DNA of 64,000 nt, taken from contig CAXXOA010000002.1 in assembly GCA_963666275.2 (NCBI GenBank), positions 1,728,001 through 1,792,000 of the forward strand, given 5' to 3'. This DNA comes from Oceanispirochaeta sp. (GTDB lineage: Bacteria > Spirochaetota > Spirochaetia > DSM-2461). Every line of letters starts with the position of its first letter. The stretch's first letter is position 1. The position numbers and the translations under genes are program-made. The notes under the pieces were generated by a model, which saw only the letters and a program-made list of their open reading frames with translations, did no database searches and was not told the DNA's origin. Below are positions 39,912 through 49,088 of the stretch, in pieces.

Positions 39912-41300
39912 ATGTTACTGAAACATACTACGGCCGATGTGGCCGACAGAAAGGCGTTAACCGTCAATCCGGCTAAGACCTGTCAGCCGGTAGGTGCCAT
40001 GTATGCCTCTCTTGGTATTCACGGTTGTCTGCCCCATAGCCATGGATCACAGGGATGCTGTGCCTATCACCGTTCCGCTCTGACAAGGCATTATAAAGAG
40101 CCTGTTATGGCCGGTACCAGTTCCTTTACAGAAGGTTCCTCCGTATTCGGCGGTCAGAGCAACCTGGTTCAGGCTTTCAATAACCTGTTTACCATTTACA
40201 ATCCCGATATTGTGGCGGTTCATTCCACCTGTCTCTCAGAGACTATCGGAGACGACCTGAAACAGATCACTCAGAAAGCGATCGACGACGGAAAGATTCC
40301 CGAAGGGAAACGGGTCATCTATGCTCCCACTCCCAGCTATATCGGGTCCCATGTCACCGGATTTTCCAATATGGTGGCGGCTATGGCCAATCAGCTTTCG
40401 GAAAAACCCGAAGGAGCGGCCGACCTCGATCAGATCAATCTGATTCCGGGATGGGTGGAACCCTCTGATATGAGAGAGATCAAAAGACTGATGAGAGTTA
40501 TGAAAGTGCCTTTCGTCATGTTCCCCGATACCTCTGATGTTATGGATGCGCCCATGACAGGGAAGCATGAGTTCTATCCCAAAGGCGGAGTGACCATCAA
40601 CGAGATGAAATCCACCGGGCAGAGCAAGGCAACCCTGGCTCTGGGAGCCTGGGGATCCGAAGCGGGAGCGGTAGAATTGTGGAAAAAACACAGAGTTCCC
40701 TATGATGTTCTGGATCTCCCCATCGGGATCAGGGCGACTGACAGATTCCTTGCCAAGCTGAGTGAAGTCACTGGTCATCCGGTTCCTGATTCCATCACGG
40801 CCGAACGGGGCAGACTCGTGGATATGATCACCGACTACCAGCAGTATCTGTATGGTAAAAGAGTCGCTATCTGGGGAGACCCTGATCAGCTTCTGGCCCT
40901 GAGTGAGTTCCTTGCGGATATGGATATGAAACCTGTTTATATCGTCAGCGGAACTCCCGGAAAGGCTTTTATGAAAAAGATGGAGTCCATCCTGGGAGAT
41001 GTGGTTCCTGAAGCGAAGTTCAAAAACGGTGAAAGAGCCGACATGTTCCTGATGCACCAGTGGATCAAGGAAGAGGGGGTAGATCTTCTGATGGGGAATT
41101 CCTATGGAAAATATATTTCCCGTGATGACGATATTCCCTTTGTCCGGATGGGCTTTCCCATCTACGACAGACCGGGCCACTCCTATTTCCCCACTGTGGG
41201 TTATGCCGGAGCCATGAGAATCCTGGAAAAAATCCTGACGGTCTTTATGGACAGAGAGGACAGGGACTCACCGGAAGAGAAGTTCGAACTGGTTATGTAA
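39912..41300 (+). CDS. nifK: Nitrogenase MoFe protein beta chain
   Basis: NPAKTCQPVGA, HGSQGCC, TCLSETIGDD and GFPIYDR motifs. Short group-II N-terminus. Confidence 0.98.
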   Translation: MLLKHTTADVADRKALTVNPAKTCQPVGAMYASLGIHGCLPHSHGSQGCCAYHRSALTRHYKEPVMAGTSSFTEGSSVFGGQSNLVQAFNNLFTIYNPDIVAVHSTCLSETIGDDLKQITQKAIDDGKIPEGKRVIYAPTPSYIGSHVTGFSNMVAAMANQLSEKPEGAADLDQINLIPGWVEPSDMREIKRLMRVMKVPFVMFPDTSDVMDAPMTGKHEFYPKGGVTINEMKSTGQSKATLALGAWGSEAGAVELWKKHRVPYDVLDLPIGIRATDRFLAKLSEVTGHPVPDSITAERGRLVDMITDYQQYLYGKRVAIWGDPDQLLALSEFLADMDMKPVYIVSGTPGKAFMKKMESILGDVVPEAKFKNGERADMFLMHQWIKEEGVDLLMGNSYGKYISRDDDIPFVRMGFPIYDRPGHSYFPTVGYAGAMRILEKILTVFMDREDRDSPEEKFELVM

Positions 41301-41308
41301 GACCGGAA

Positions 41309-41392
41309 GGGAGTTTCTCCACAGGGGCAAACTCCCATCCAACCCTCACCCCCGACCCCTCTCCCATGAGGCGAGGGGCTGGGGGAGAGGGT
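41309..41392. repeat. Two intergenic hairpins, the second a CCCTCTCCC/GGGAGAGGG-type REP-like element
   Basis: GGGAGTTT…AAACTCCC (41309-41336) and ACCCTCACCCCCGACCCCTCTCCC…GGGGGAGAGGGT (41342-41392). Confidence 0.7.
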
Positions 41393-41444
41393 AAAAGTAA
41401 ATGTCCGCGGGGAAACTGACGGATATGCGCAAGGAGCAATAGGT

Positions 41445-42809
41445 ATGAAGGCGCCCGTATTAAAAGAGAGAAACAAACAGGTATACGAAAAAGGGAAAAC
41501 CCCCTTTGATCTGCAGTGCGACCGGAAAAGCGTGGCCGGTTCTGTCAGTCAGAGGGCCTGTGTTTTCTGCGGATCCCGTGTTGTTCTCTATCCGGTGGCC
41601 GATGCTCTCCATCTGGTTCACGGATCCATCGGATGCGCCTCCTATACCTGGGATATTAGAGGGTCGATGAGTTCCGGAAGGGAACTTCACCGGCTCTGTT
41701 TCTCCACCGACCTGAGAGAAAAAGATGTTATCTACGGCGGAGAGAAAAAGTTATACGAATCATTAATGGAACTGGTGGAAAAGCATAAACCCGCAGCGGC
41801 TTTTGTCTACAGCACCTGTATTGTCGGAGTGATCGGGGATGATGTGGAAGCCGTCTGCAGGAAAGCATCCGCTCAGCTGGGTATCCCTGTGATCCCTGTT
41901 CACTCGGAAGGATTCAACGGTACAAAAAAAGACGGCTACAAAGCGGCCTGTAAAGCCCTGGGGCAGATTGTCGGAACCGATGACAGCGGTAAAGTCGCTC
42001 CTGTCAGTATCAACATCCTGGGAGAATTCAATCTGGCCGGTGAGGCCTGGATTATTAAAGATTATTATGAACGGATGGGGGTGGAAGTGGTTTCCATTCT
42101 CACAGGAGACGGACGGGTAGGGGATATCCGCCGCTCCCACAGAGCCGCACTGAATGTGGTTCAATGCTCCGGATCCCTGACGTTCCTGGCAAAGGATATG
42201 GAGGAGAAATACGGCATCCCCTTTAAAAGGGTCTCCTATTTCGGTCTGGAGGACGTTTCCAAATCTCTTTATGATGTGGCCGGTTTTTTTCAGGATAAGG
42301 ATCCTGGAATTATGGAAAGAACCGTCAAAATCGTTCAGGAGGAAGTGAAAAAAGTCTATCCGGCTCTTCAGGAATGCCGGAAAAAACTGGAAGGGAAAAA
42401 GGCCGCCATCTATGTGGGCGGTGCGTTCAAGGCCTTTTCGCTGATCCGGATTCTCAGAAACCTGGGAATGAATGTGGCCATGGTGGGATCCCAGACGGGA
42501 GACAGGGACGACTATGAACAGCTGGCTGCCATGTGCGATCCCGGTACTGTCATCGTGGATGACTCCAATCCTATGGAGATGTCCCACTTTATTATTGAAA
42601 AAGATGTGGATCTGTTTATCGGAGGAGTCAAAGAGAGACCGATGGCTTTCAAGCTGGGGGTGGGCTTCTGCGACCATAACCATGAGAGGAAAACAGCCCT
42701 GGCGGGATTCGAGGGAACCGTGAATTTTGCCAGAGAGGTCTGTGCTTCCGCTCTCAGTCCCGTGTGGAAATTTTCTCCCCGGAGATCCGGAAGGAGTGAT
42801 GCTTTATGA
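41445..42809 (+). CDS. nifE: FeMo-cofactor scaffold NifE
   Basis: SQRACVFCGSR, HGSIGCASYTWDIR, STCIVG, VQCS and GGVKERP motifs. Confidence 0.96.
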   Translation: MKAPVLKERNKQVYEKGKTPFDLQCDRKSVAGSVSQRACVFCGSRVVLYPVADALHLVHGSIGCASYTWDIRGSMSSGRELHRLCFSTDLREKDVIYGGEKKLYESLMELVEKHKPAAAFVYSTCIVGVIGDDVEAVCRKASAQLGIPVIPVHSEGFNGTKKDGYKAACKALGQIVGTDDSGKVAPVSINILGEFNLAGEAWIIKDYYERMGVEVVSILTGDGRVGDIRRSHRAALNVVQCSGSLTFLAKDMEEKYGIPFKRVSYFGLEDVSKSLYDVAGFFQDKDPGIMERTVKIVQEEVKKVYPALQECRKKLEGKKAAIYVGGAFKAFSLIRILRNLGMNVAMVGSQTGDRDDYEQLAAMCDPGTVIVDDSNPMEMSHFIIEKDVDLFIGGVKERPMAFKLGVGFCDHNHERKTALAGFEGTVNFAREVCASALSPVWKFSPRRSGRSDAL

Positions 42810-44191
42810 AAGAGGCTGTGAAAGAAAAAAAGGTCGGCTACGCTTCAGCCACCAACCCCTGCCGGCAGTGTATGCCTCTGGGAGCCAGCTGGGCTTTCAA
42901 AGGGATCAAAGGCTGTATGCCGGTTCTTCACGGATCCCAGGGCTGCGCTACCTATATAAGACGCTATATGATCAGTCACTTCCGGGAACCCATTGATATC
43001 GCTTCGTCCAGTTTTGATGAAACCACTGTTATTTTCGGCGGTCAGGATAACCTGGAAAAAGCCATTCAGAATGTCTATCTTCAGTATGAGCCGGAAGTTA
43101 TAGGCGTAGCAACCACCTGTCTTTCCGAAACCATCGGAGATGATGTGGACAGGTTTGTCAAAGCCTTCAAAGCCAAATACGAACTGCCCTGTGAGCTGGT
43201 TTCAGCAAAAACACCCAGCTATCAGGGAACTCAGGAAGAGGGATTTCACCGAACCGTTTATTCTGTTGTCACATCTCTGGCGGGGCAGGAAAAAGGGGAG
43301 GCCCGAGAGGCATCCCTTCCGGAAGTCAATCTTTTTACTCCCATGATTACCCCTGCGGATATCCGGTGGCTGAAAAAGACAGTCCTTTCCATGGGAGGAA
43401 AGGCCACTCTCCTTCCCGATTACAGTGAGACCCTGGACGGGGGGATGTGGCAGGAGTTTCACGCCATGCCTCCCGGAGGAACCTCTGTTTCCGAGATTGC
43501 CGGGATGAACCAGGCCGAAGCCTCCTTGGAGCTGAGCAGTCAGCTCCCTGATGAATGGCGCCCCGGGTACTGGCTGCAGAAGCAGTTCGGTGTTCCCAAT
43601 AATCATATGGGACTTCCTGTGGGAATAGACAGTACGGACCATTTTTTCAGAACCCTGACGGATATTCTGGGAACCCCCGTGTCTCAGGAGACCCTGCAGA
43701 GCCGGGCCAGACTGGTGGATGCCTATGCGGACGGACATAAATACCTTTATGGAAAGAAAGTGGTTCTCTTCGGAGATACTTCCACAGTGGAAGGCCTGTA
43801 CCGGTTTGTTTCCGAAATCGGAATGGACCCTGTTCTCAGTTTTACAGGAAGCCCTGAAGGGATTCTTAAAAAAACACTGGACAGTTTCGGGTCTCCCTCC
43901 GCATCGGAAAATCCTCCCCTGATAAAGGAAAACTGGGACTTCGGTGATGCCGAATCTCTGATCGAGGAGCTCCAGCCGGATCTTCTGATCGGAAACAGCA
44001 AGGGATTCAAGATCTCCCGGAAGCTGGAGATCCCCCTTCTGAGGGTAGGGTTTCCCATTCACGACAGATTCGGGGCTTCCCGGCAGAGGATGCTGGGATA
44101 CGAAGGAACCATGGAGCTCCTGGACAGGATCATCAATGCTCTGATGGAAAGAAAGCAGACCCTGTCCGCCATGGGATACACCTACCTGTAA
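42806..44191 (+). CDS. nifN: FeMo-cofactor scaffold NifN
   Basis: NPCRQCMPLGA, HGSQGCATYIRRY, TTCLSETIGDD and GFPIHDR motifs. Confidence 0.95.
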   Translation: MKEAVKEKKVGYASATNPCRQCMPLGASWAFKGIKGCMPVLHGSQGCATYIRRYMISHFREPIDIASSSFDETTVIFGGQDNLEKAIQNVYLQYEPEVIGVATTCLSETIGDDVDRFVKAFKAKYELPCELVSAKTPSYQGTQEEGFHRTVYSVVTSLAGQEKGEAREASLPEVNLFTPMITPADIRWLKKTVLSMGGKATLLPDYSETLDGGMWQEFHAMPPGGTSVSEIAGMNQAEASLELSSQLPDEWRPGYWLQKQFGVPNNHMGLPVGIDSTDHFFRTLTDILGTPVSQETLQSRARLVDAYADGHKYLYGKKVVLFGDTSTVEGLYRFVSEIGMDPVLSFTGSPEGILKKTLDSFGSPSASENPPLIKENWDFGDAESLIEELQPDLLIGNSKGFKISRKLEIPLLRVGFPIHDRFGASRQRMLGYEGTMELLDRIINALMERKQTLSAMGYTYL

Positions 44192-44209
44192 TCCTTTGTA
44201 AGTTTTCCC

Positions 44210-44232
44210 GGTCCCTGAGCGGAGTCGAAGGG
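44210..44232. repeat. REP-like element
   Basis: GGTCCCTGAGCGGAGTCGAAGGG, 22 of 23 bases identical to 627-649. Confidence 0.75.
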
Positions 44233-44300
44233 GGAGAAGGTAAAACCTTTTCTTTATAAGAATTTTTTAGTCGGTTTCGAACCGGCTTTAGGAGAAGAAT

Positions 44301-45560
44301 ATGAGCGAAAGAAAGATTGTATCACTGGAGAACCATCCCTGCTTTAACGAGGGCGCCTGTCATGATCATGCCAGGATCCATCTGCCTGTTGCCCCCAAGT
44401 GTAATGTGCAGTGCGGATTCTGCAACAGAAAGTATGACTGTGTGAACGAGAGCCGTCCCGGGGTTACAAGTTCTGTTCTCTCTCCTGCCCAGGCTCTCTA
44501 TTATCTTCAGAAATCCATGGAGAAAAGATTCTATGATGTGGTGGGCATCGCCGGTCCCGGTGACCCCTTTGCCAATGCAGAAAAGACCATGGAAACCCTG
44601 TCCCTTGTGCACGCGGCCTATCCGGAAGTGATGCTCTGTGTGGCAACCAACGGATTGAATCTGCGCCCCTATATCGGGGAACTGGCGGAGCTGGGTGTTA
44701 CCCATGTGACTCTGACAATCAACGGGGTTGATCCGGAAGTGGCGGGCAGCGCCTACCGCTGGATGCGGCCGGGAAAAAAGGTCCTCAGGGGAGCGGAAGC
44801 CGGGGCCTATCTTATAAACGAACAGCTTCAGGCTATACGGGAACTCAAAGAGCACGGGATCCTTGTCAAAATCAACAGCATCGTAATTCCCGGAGTGAAT
44901 GATTTTCATATTCCTGAAATAGCAGCGAAAATGGGCGAACTGGGGGCGGATACTATGAACTGCCTTCCCCTGATGCCTGTAAAGGGAACCGATTTCGGTG
45001 AGCTGGAAGAACCCGATGCAGGGACCATTTTTGAACTGAGAGCTAAATGCCGGGAACACCTTCCTCAGATGGGACACTGCCGGCGCTGCCGGGCCGATGC
45101 GGCGGGGCTCCTGGAGGAAGCCATGGGTGAAGGAACCGCCGGGCTTCTCCGCGAGGCAGCATCTCTGCCTCTCAATCCCTTTGAAAAACGGCCCTGTGTG
45201 GCTGTGGGAACCATGGAAGGGGTTCTCATCAACCGTCATCTGGGGCACTGCGATATGATGAAGATCTATAAAGAAGAGGAAGACGGATATGTTTTTCTGG
45301 AAGACAGGGCCATGCCCGCGCCCGGAGGGGGCGATGAAAGATGGTTCGGAATCGCTTCGATCCTGGCTGACTGTTCGGATGTTCTTGTCAGCGGTATCGG
45401 GGGCCGACCCGATCAGGTCCTGACCGAAAAGGGAATCAAAGTCCGTCAGGTGGAGGGGCTCATTGAAGACGCCCTCAAGGGTCTGAAGAGAGGGGAAACC
45501 CTGTCCTATATGGCTGTACGGAAAAAGGTCTGCAACGGGAATGCGGCCGGTTGTGCCTGA
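44301..45560 (+). CDS. nifB: Radical SAM FeMo-co biosynthesis protein NifB with C-terminal NifX domain
   Basis: HPCF, CNVQCGFC, ESRPG, GIAGPGD and HCRRCRADA motifs. Confidence 0.97.
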   Translation: MSERKIVSLENHPCFNEGACHDHARIHLPVAPKCNVQCGFCNRKYDCVNESRPGVTSSVLSPAQALYYLQKSMEKRFYDVVGIAGPGDPFANAEKTMETLSLVHAAYPEVMLCVATNGLNLRPYIGELAELGVTHVTLTINGVDPEVAGSAYRWMRPGKKVLRGAEAGAYLINEQLQAIRELKEHGILVKINSIVIPGVNDFHIPEIAAKMGELGADTMNCLPLMPVKGTDFGELEEPDAGTIFELRAKCREHLPQMGHCRRCRADAAGLLEEAMGEGTAGLLREAASLPLNPFEKRPCVAVGTMEGVLINRHLGHCDMMKIYKEEEDGYVFLEDRAMPAPGGGDERWFGIASILADCSDVLVSGIGGRPDQVLTEKGIKVRQVEGLIEDALKGLKRGETLSYMAVRKKVCNGNAAGCA

Positions 45561-45647
45561 TATCTGGAATCTTGATAAAGAGGCCTGGAAACTGAGCTTT
45601 ATCAGGAGTCTTTTTAATATATAGGAATGGGAAAGGAGTCTATTGAA

Positions 45648-45956
45648 ATGGAAAAACCGGATAAGCATATTTTAGTATGCGGAAGTTTCAGAGCATCGGG
45701 AGAACCCCAGGGGGTCTGCTACAAGAAAGGGACCGGTGACTGGCTGGGTTACCTGGAATCGGAGCTGCTGGACAGGGGACTGGAAGGCGTTATGGTTTCG
45801 GCTACTACCTGTCTTAAAGTCTGTGACCGCGGACCGGCAATGGTTGTCTACCCCGACAATATCTGGTACGGCGGAATCAGCGGTGAGGATGATCTGGATG
45901 CCATCCTCGATGCGATGGAAGACGGAGAAGTGGCAGAAGATTTTGTCATAGCCTGA
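45648..45956 (+). CDS. Thioredoxin-like [2Fe-2S] ferredoxin (nif-associated)
   Basis: HILVC…GVC…TTCLKVCDRGPAMVVYPDNIWYG. AAGGAG RBS. Confidence 0.9.
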   Translation: MEKPDKHILVCGSFRASGEPQGVCYKKGTGDWLGYLESELLDRGLEGVMVSATTCLKVCDRGPAMVVYPDNIWYGGISGEDDLDAILDAMEDGEVAEDFVIA

Positions 45957-45964
45957 GAAAACAG

Positions 45965-45997
45965 AGGCGGTTCAGCACAGCTGAATCGCCTTTTTTT
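45965..45997 (+). terminator. Intrinsic terminator closing the nifH operon
   Basis: AGGCGGTTCAGC-ACA-GCTGAATCGCCT followed by a T-run. Confidence 0.85.
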
Positions 45998-46007
45998 ATT
46001 TATAACA

Positions 46008-46049
46008 CACCTATTTGTAGGATGAATCTTCTATTACTACCATTATGTA
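46008..46049. promoter_or_regulatory. Paired (T/C)AC-N6-GTA candidate activator sites upstream of nifV
   Basis: CAC-CTATTT-GTA (46008-46019) and TAC-CATTAT-GTA (46038-46049). Confidence 0.5.
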
Positions 46050-46146
46050 TTATATTATTACTTGAGAGGTATGTCTTTCTCCTGGCTTGTGGGGGTAAAT
46101 TCTTTATGGGTAAGTAAATAACAATTCATGTGGAATATTTGTTTTT

Positions 46147-46163
46147 TTGGCCTGCTTATTGCA
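46147..46163 (+). promoter_or_regulatory. sigma54 -24/-12 promoter of nifV and the activator gene
   Basis: TTGGCCTGCTTATTGCA = GG-N10-GC, 16 bp before ATG 46179. Confidence 0.8.
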
Positions 46164-46178
46164 TTTATTAGGGAGTAT

Positions 46179-47309
46179 ATGGTTCAACTACCCAATGCAA
46201 TAATTGACAGTACTCTCAGGGAAGGTGAACAGACTCCCGGAGTTGTGATGGGAGCAGAAGAGAAACTCCGCCTTGCCGAATCTCTGGTCGATGCCGGTTT
46301 AAAAGAACTGGAAGCGGGGATCCCGGCTATGGGAGGCGATGAGATCCATCTTCTGAAACAGCTAAGATCACTTAATGCCCGGATAATCTGCTGGTGCCGG
46401 TCTCATATAACAGATATTGAGGCGGCCCTCCTCTCCGACACAGGAGCAGTGCATATCAGCCTGCCTGTTTCGGATTGTCAGCTGAAGGTTATGGGGCATT
46501 CCTGGGAATGGGTACTGGAGGAGTTGAATGAGAAAGGGCGGTATCTGAAAGGCCGTACAGGATTTTTATCAGTCGGTGCCATGGACGCGTCACGTTGTCG
46601 GACAGACCGGTTGAAAGAGTTTATATCCCTTGCGGCGGAGTCGGGATTCGGAAGAGTCCGACTGGCCGATACCCTGGGTATCTGCTCGCCCGAAACCATT
46701 GATCAGTGGAGCAGTGACCTGGCTCCCTGGCTCCCCCTGCTGGAGTTTCATGGTCATAATGACCTGGGAATGGCTGTTGCCAACTCCCTGTTTGCCATCA
46801 GAAAAGGGTTCGGTGCTGTGAGTACCACCCTTTTCGGGCTGGGGGAACGAGCGGGGAATGCTCCCCTTGAGGAAGTCCTGCTGGCCGGACGGGTTCAGCT
46901 GAACCGGGATTTCGGCATTTCCCTTAAAAAAGTGGCTCACCTGGCCAGGAGAGCCGCCGCTCTGGCGGGAGAGAGCATTCCTGCCAGAAAACCTCTTCTG
47001 GGGGAACGCATCAATCATCATGAATCTGGTATTCATGTAGCGGCCCTTCTGGAGGACAGATCAACGTTTACTCCCTATGATCCTTCCCGCTGGGGAGGGG
47101 AACCCCTGGAGTTTGTCTGGGGCAGACACAGCGGAAGAAAAGGACTGGCCTTCCTGTTGAAGGAAGCCGGATTCAACCCGGATGATCAGTCGCTGGTTCA
47201 TCTGCTTCAATTTGTAAGAAACGAGTCGGCCCGACGCGGAAGAGGGCTGACAAAAGAAGAAATACTCATGTACTACAAGGGAATCACATCACCCGAAGGA
47301 GTTGCATAA
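46179..47309 (+). CDS. nifV: Homocitrate synthase
   Basis: [39 protein letters not shown] and HESGIH motifs, in nif context. Confidence 0.88.
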   Translation: MVQLPNAIIDSTLREGEQTPGVVMGAEEKLRLAESLVDAGLKELEAGIPAMGGDEIHLLKQLRSLNARIICWCRSHITDIEAALLSDTGAVHISLPVSDCQLKVMGHSWEWVLEELNEKGRYLKGRTGFLSVGAMDASRCRTDRLKEFISLAAESGFGRVRLADTLGICSPETIDQWSSDLAPWLPLLEFHGHNDLGMAVANSLFAIRKGFGAVSTTLFGLGERAGNAPLEEVLLAGRVQLNRDFGISLKKVAHLARRAAALAGESIPARKPLLGERINHHESGIHVAALLEDRSTFTPYDPSRWGGEPLEFVWGRHSGRKGLAFLLKEAGFNPDDQSLVHLLQFVRNESARRGRGLTKEEILMYYKGITSPEGVA

Positions 47310-47311
47310 AC

Positions 47312-48922
47312 ATGTCGGAAAAATGCCGCCAGTGTCAGGGCGAAGTCTGGGATGAGTTGGATTTTATTGCCCGGATCAGCCGAAATCTTCTGGCTGGAGA
47401 AGATATAGACAGTATTCTCAGGCGTGTTCTGAATGAACTTTCAGAGCATCAGAAGTATAAAAGGGGAATGATATCTCTTTTTAACAGAAAAGCAGGATCC
47501 ATAAATATCAAAGACGCCTATGGGGTGACTCCGGAGGAACAGGCCCGGGGGATCTACTATCCCGGTGAGGGAATCACCGGTGAAGTCGTTGAGACCGGTT
47601 CATCCATTATGGTTCCCAGAATCCGAAAAGACAGAAGATTTCTGAACAAAACAGGCATGTCCGAAGATCTCCTGGACAGTGCTTTTATCTGTGTTCCCAT
47701 CAGGACAGGGCATCAGATCATAGGGACCCTCAGCGCTGTGAGGGACAATCCCGATACCAAAGGGGATGCGGAGTTCCTCCGGGGAGATGAACGGCTCCTG
47801 CAGATTGTGGCATCCATGATCGCCCAGGCTGCCCAGGTGTCCCGTTCCCGGGAAGAAGAGAATATGCAGCAGATGCGGGAGCAGCTGAGAGACGAAGAGT
47901 CGGGTCAGCTGAAACCACCCAATATCATCGGAAATTCCAAGGTCATGCAGCCAGTGTATCAGATGATTTCAAAAGTGGCTCCTGCGGCATCAACCATACT
48001 GATCCTGGGAGAGAGCGGTGTGGGAAAAGAGCTGGTGGCTGAAGCGATTCACTATGCCAGCACCCGAAGCGACAGGCCTTTCATTAAGCTCAACTGTGCA
48101 GCTCTGCCTGAAAGTATTATTGAAAGCGAACTGTTCGGCCATGAGAAAGGAGCTTTTACCGGGGCTGTTTCTCTGCGGAAAGGCCGGTTTGAACTGGCTC
48201 AGGGCGGGACTCTTTTTCTGGACGAGATCGGGGAAATCGGGCTGGGAATCCAGGCGAAACTCCTCCGTGTCCTTCAGGAGCGGGAGTACGAGAGAGTCGG
48301 GGGAACAGAAACTCTGAAAGCCGATGTAAGGATCATTGCGGCTACCAATAAGAATCTGGAACTGAAAGTCCGGGACGGGGAGTTCCGGGAAGACCTCTAT
48401 TACAGGCTGAATATTATCCCCATTACAGTCCCTCCCCTGAGGGAACGGAAAACGGATATCCTCCTTTTAAGCGATTTTTTCATAGAGAAATACAACAGGC
48501 TCAACAGAAAGGATGTTCACAGGATTTCCACTCCCGCCATCGATATGCTCACAGCCTATCACTGGCCCGGAAATGTCAGGGAACTGGAGAACTCCATAGA
48601 GAGAGCGGTTATTCTCAGCGAGGACAGTGTGATACACGGCTATCATCTCCCTCCCTCCCTGCAGATGGCGGATCCCCATTTCAAGGATCAGCCCTATGCG
48701 GGAACGCTCCAGCAGAAGCTGGATTCCATTGAGTACGAGATGATTGTGGAAGCTTTGAAATTCACACGGGGAAACCTTTCCCGTGCGGCGGAACGGCTGG
48801 GCCTTACCAATAGAATGATGGGGATCCGGGCCAAAAAGTACGGCATCGATTTCAAAGCCTACAGAAGAGCCTCGGGACTATCCCCCGGCAGTGACGAGGA
48901 AGATGAGTCCTATACGGCCTGA
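47312..48922 (+). CDS. nifA: GAF-AAA-HTH nitrogenase activator of the NifA/AnfA/VnfA family
   Basis: GAF domain ([18 protein letters not shown]), [31 protein letters not shown] and an N-terminal CRQC. Confidence 0.88.
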   Translation: MSEKCRQCQGEVWDELDFIARISRNLLAGEDIDSILRRVLNELSEHQKYKRGMISLFNRKAGSINIKDAYGVTPEEQARGIYYPGEGITGEVVETGSSIMVPRIRKDRRFLNKTGMSEDLLDSAFICVPIRTGHQIIGTLSAVRDNPDTKGDAEFLRGDERLLQIVASMIAQAAQVSRSREEENMQQMREQLRDEESGQLKPPNIIGNSKVMQPVYQMISKVAPAASTILILGESGVGKELVAEAIHYASTRSDRPFIKLNCAALPESIIESELFGHEKGAFTGAVSLRKGRFELAQGGTLFLDEIGEIGLGIQAKLLRVLQEREYERVGGTETLKADVRIIAATNKNLELKVRDGEFREDLYYRLNIIPITVPPLRERKTDILLLSDFFIEKYNRLNRKDVHRISTPAIDMLTAYHWPGNVRELENSIERAVILSEDSVIHGYHLPPSLQMADPHFKDQPYAGTLQQKLDSIEYEMIVEALKFTRGNLSRAAERLGLTNRMMGIRAKKYGIDFKAYRRASGLSPGSDEEDESYTA

Positions 48923-49088
48923 CAGGGGTTCTCCGGATCCCTGTTCAGTTTTAACCTCTCCTTTTTCAGTTGCCTTATTTCCCGGTGGACAGCCGATTCC
49001 GCGGAATGGTCACAGAACTTTTCCGCCGGGTTCTTATTTTCAGCGGGAAAGCTTGTTCTTTCCTGAACTGATGAACTAGAATTAGGGT

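Noticed and set aside
39898..39912. Alternative (V or Fe-only) nitrogenase
   Set aside because: No room for vnfG/anfG between D and K. NifD has Mo-type group-II features, and nifEN are present.
41321..41340. c-di-GMP riboswitch-like ACAGGGGCAAAC
   Set aside because: No GAAA tetraloop/receptor stem. Explained by a simple hairpin.
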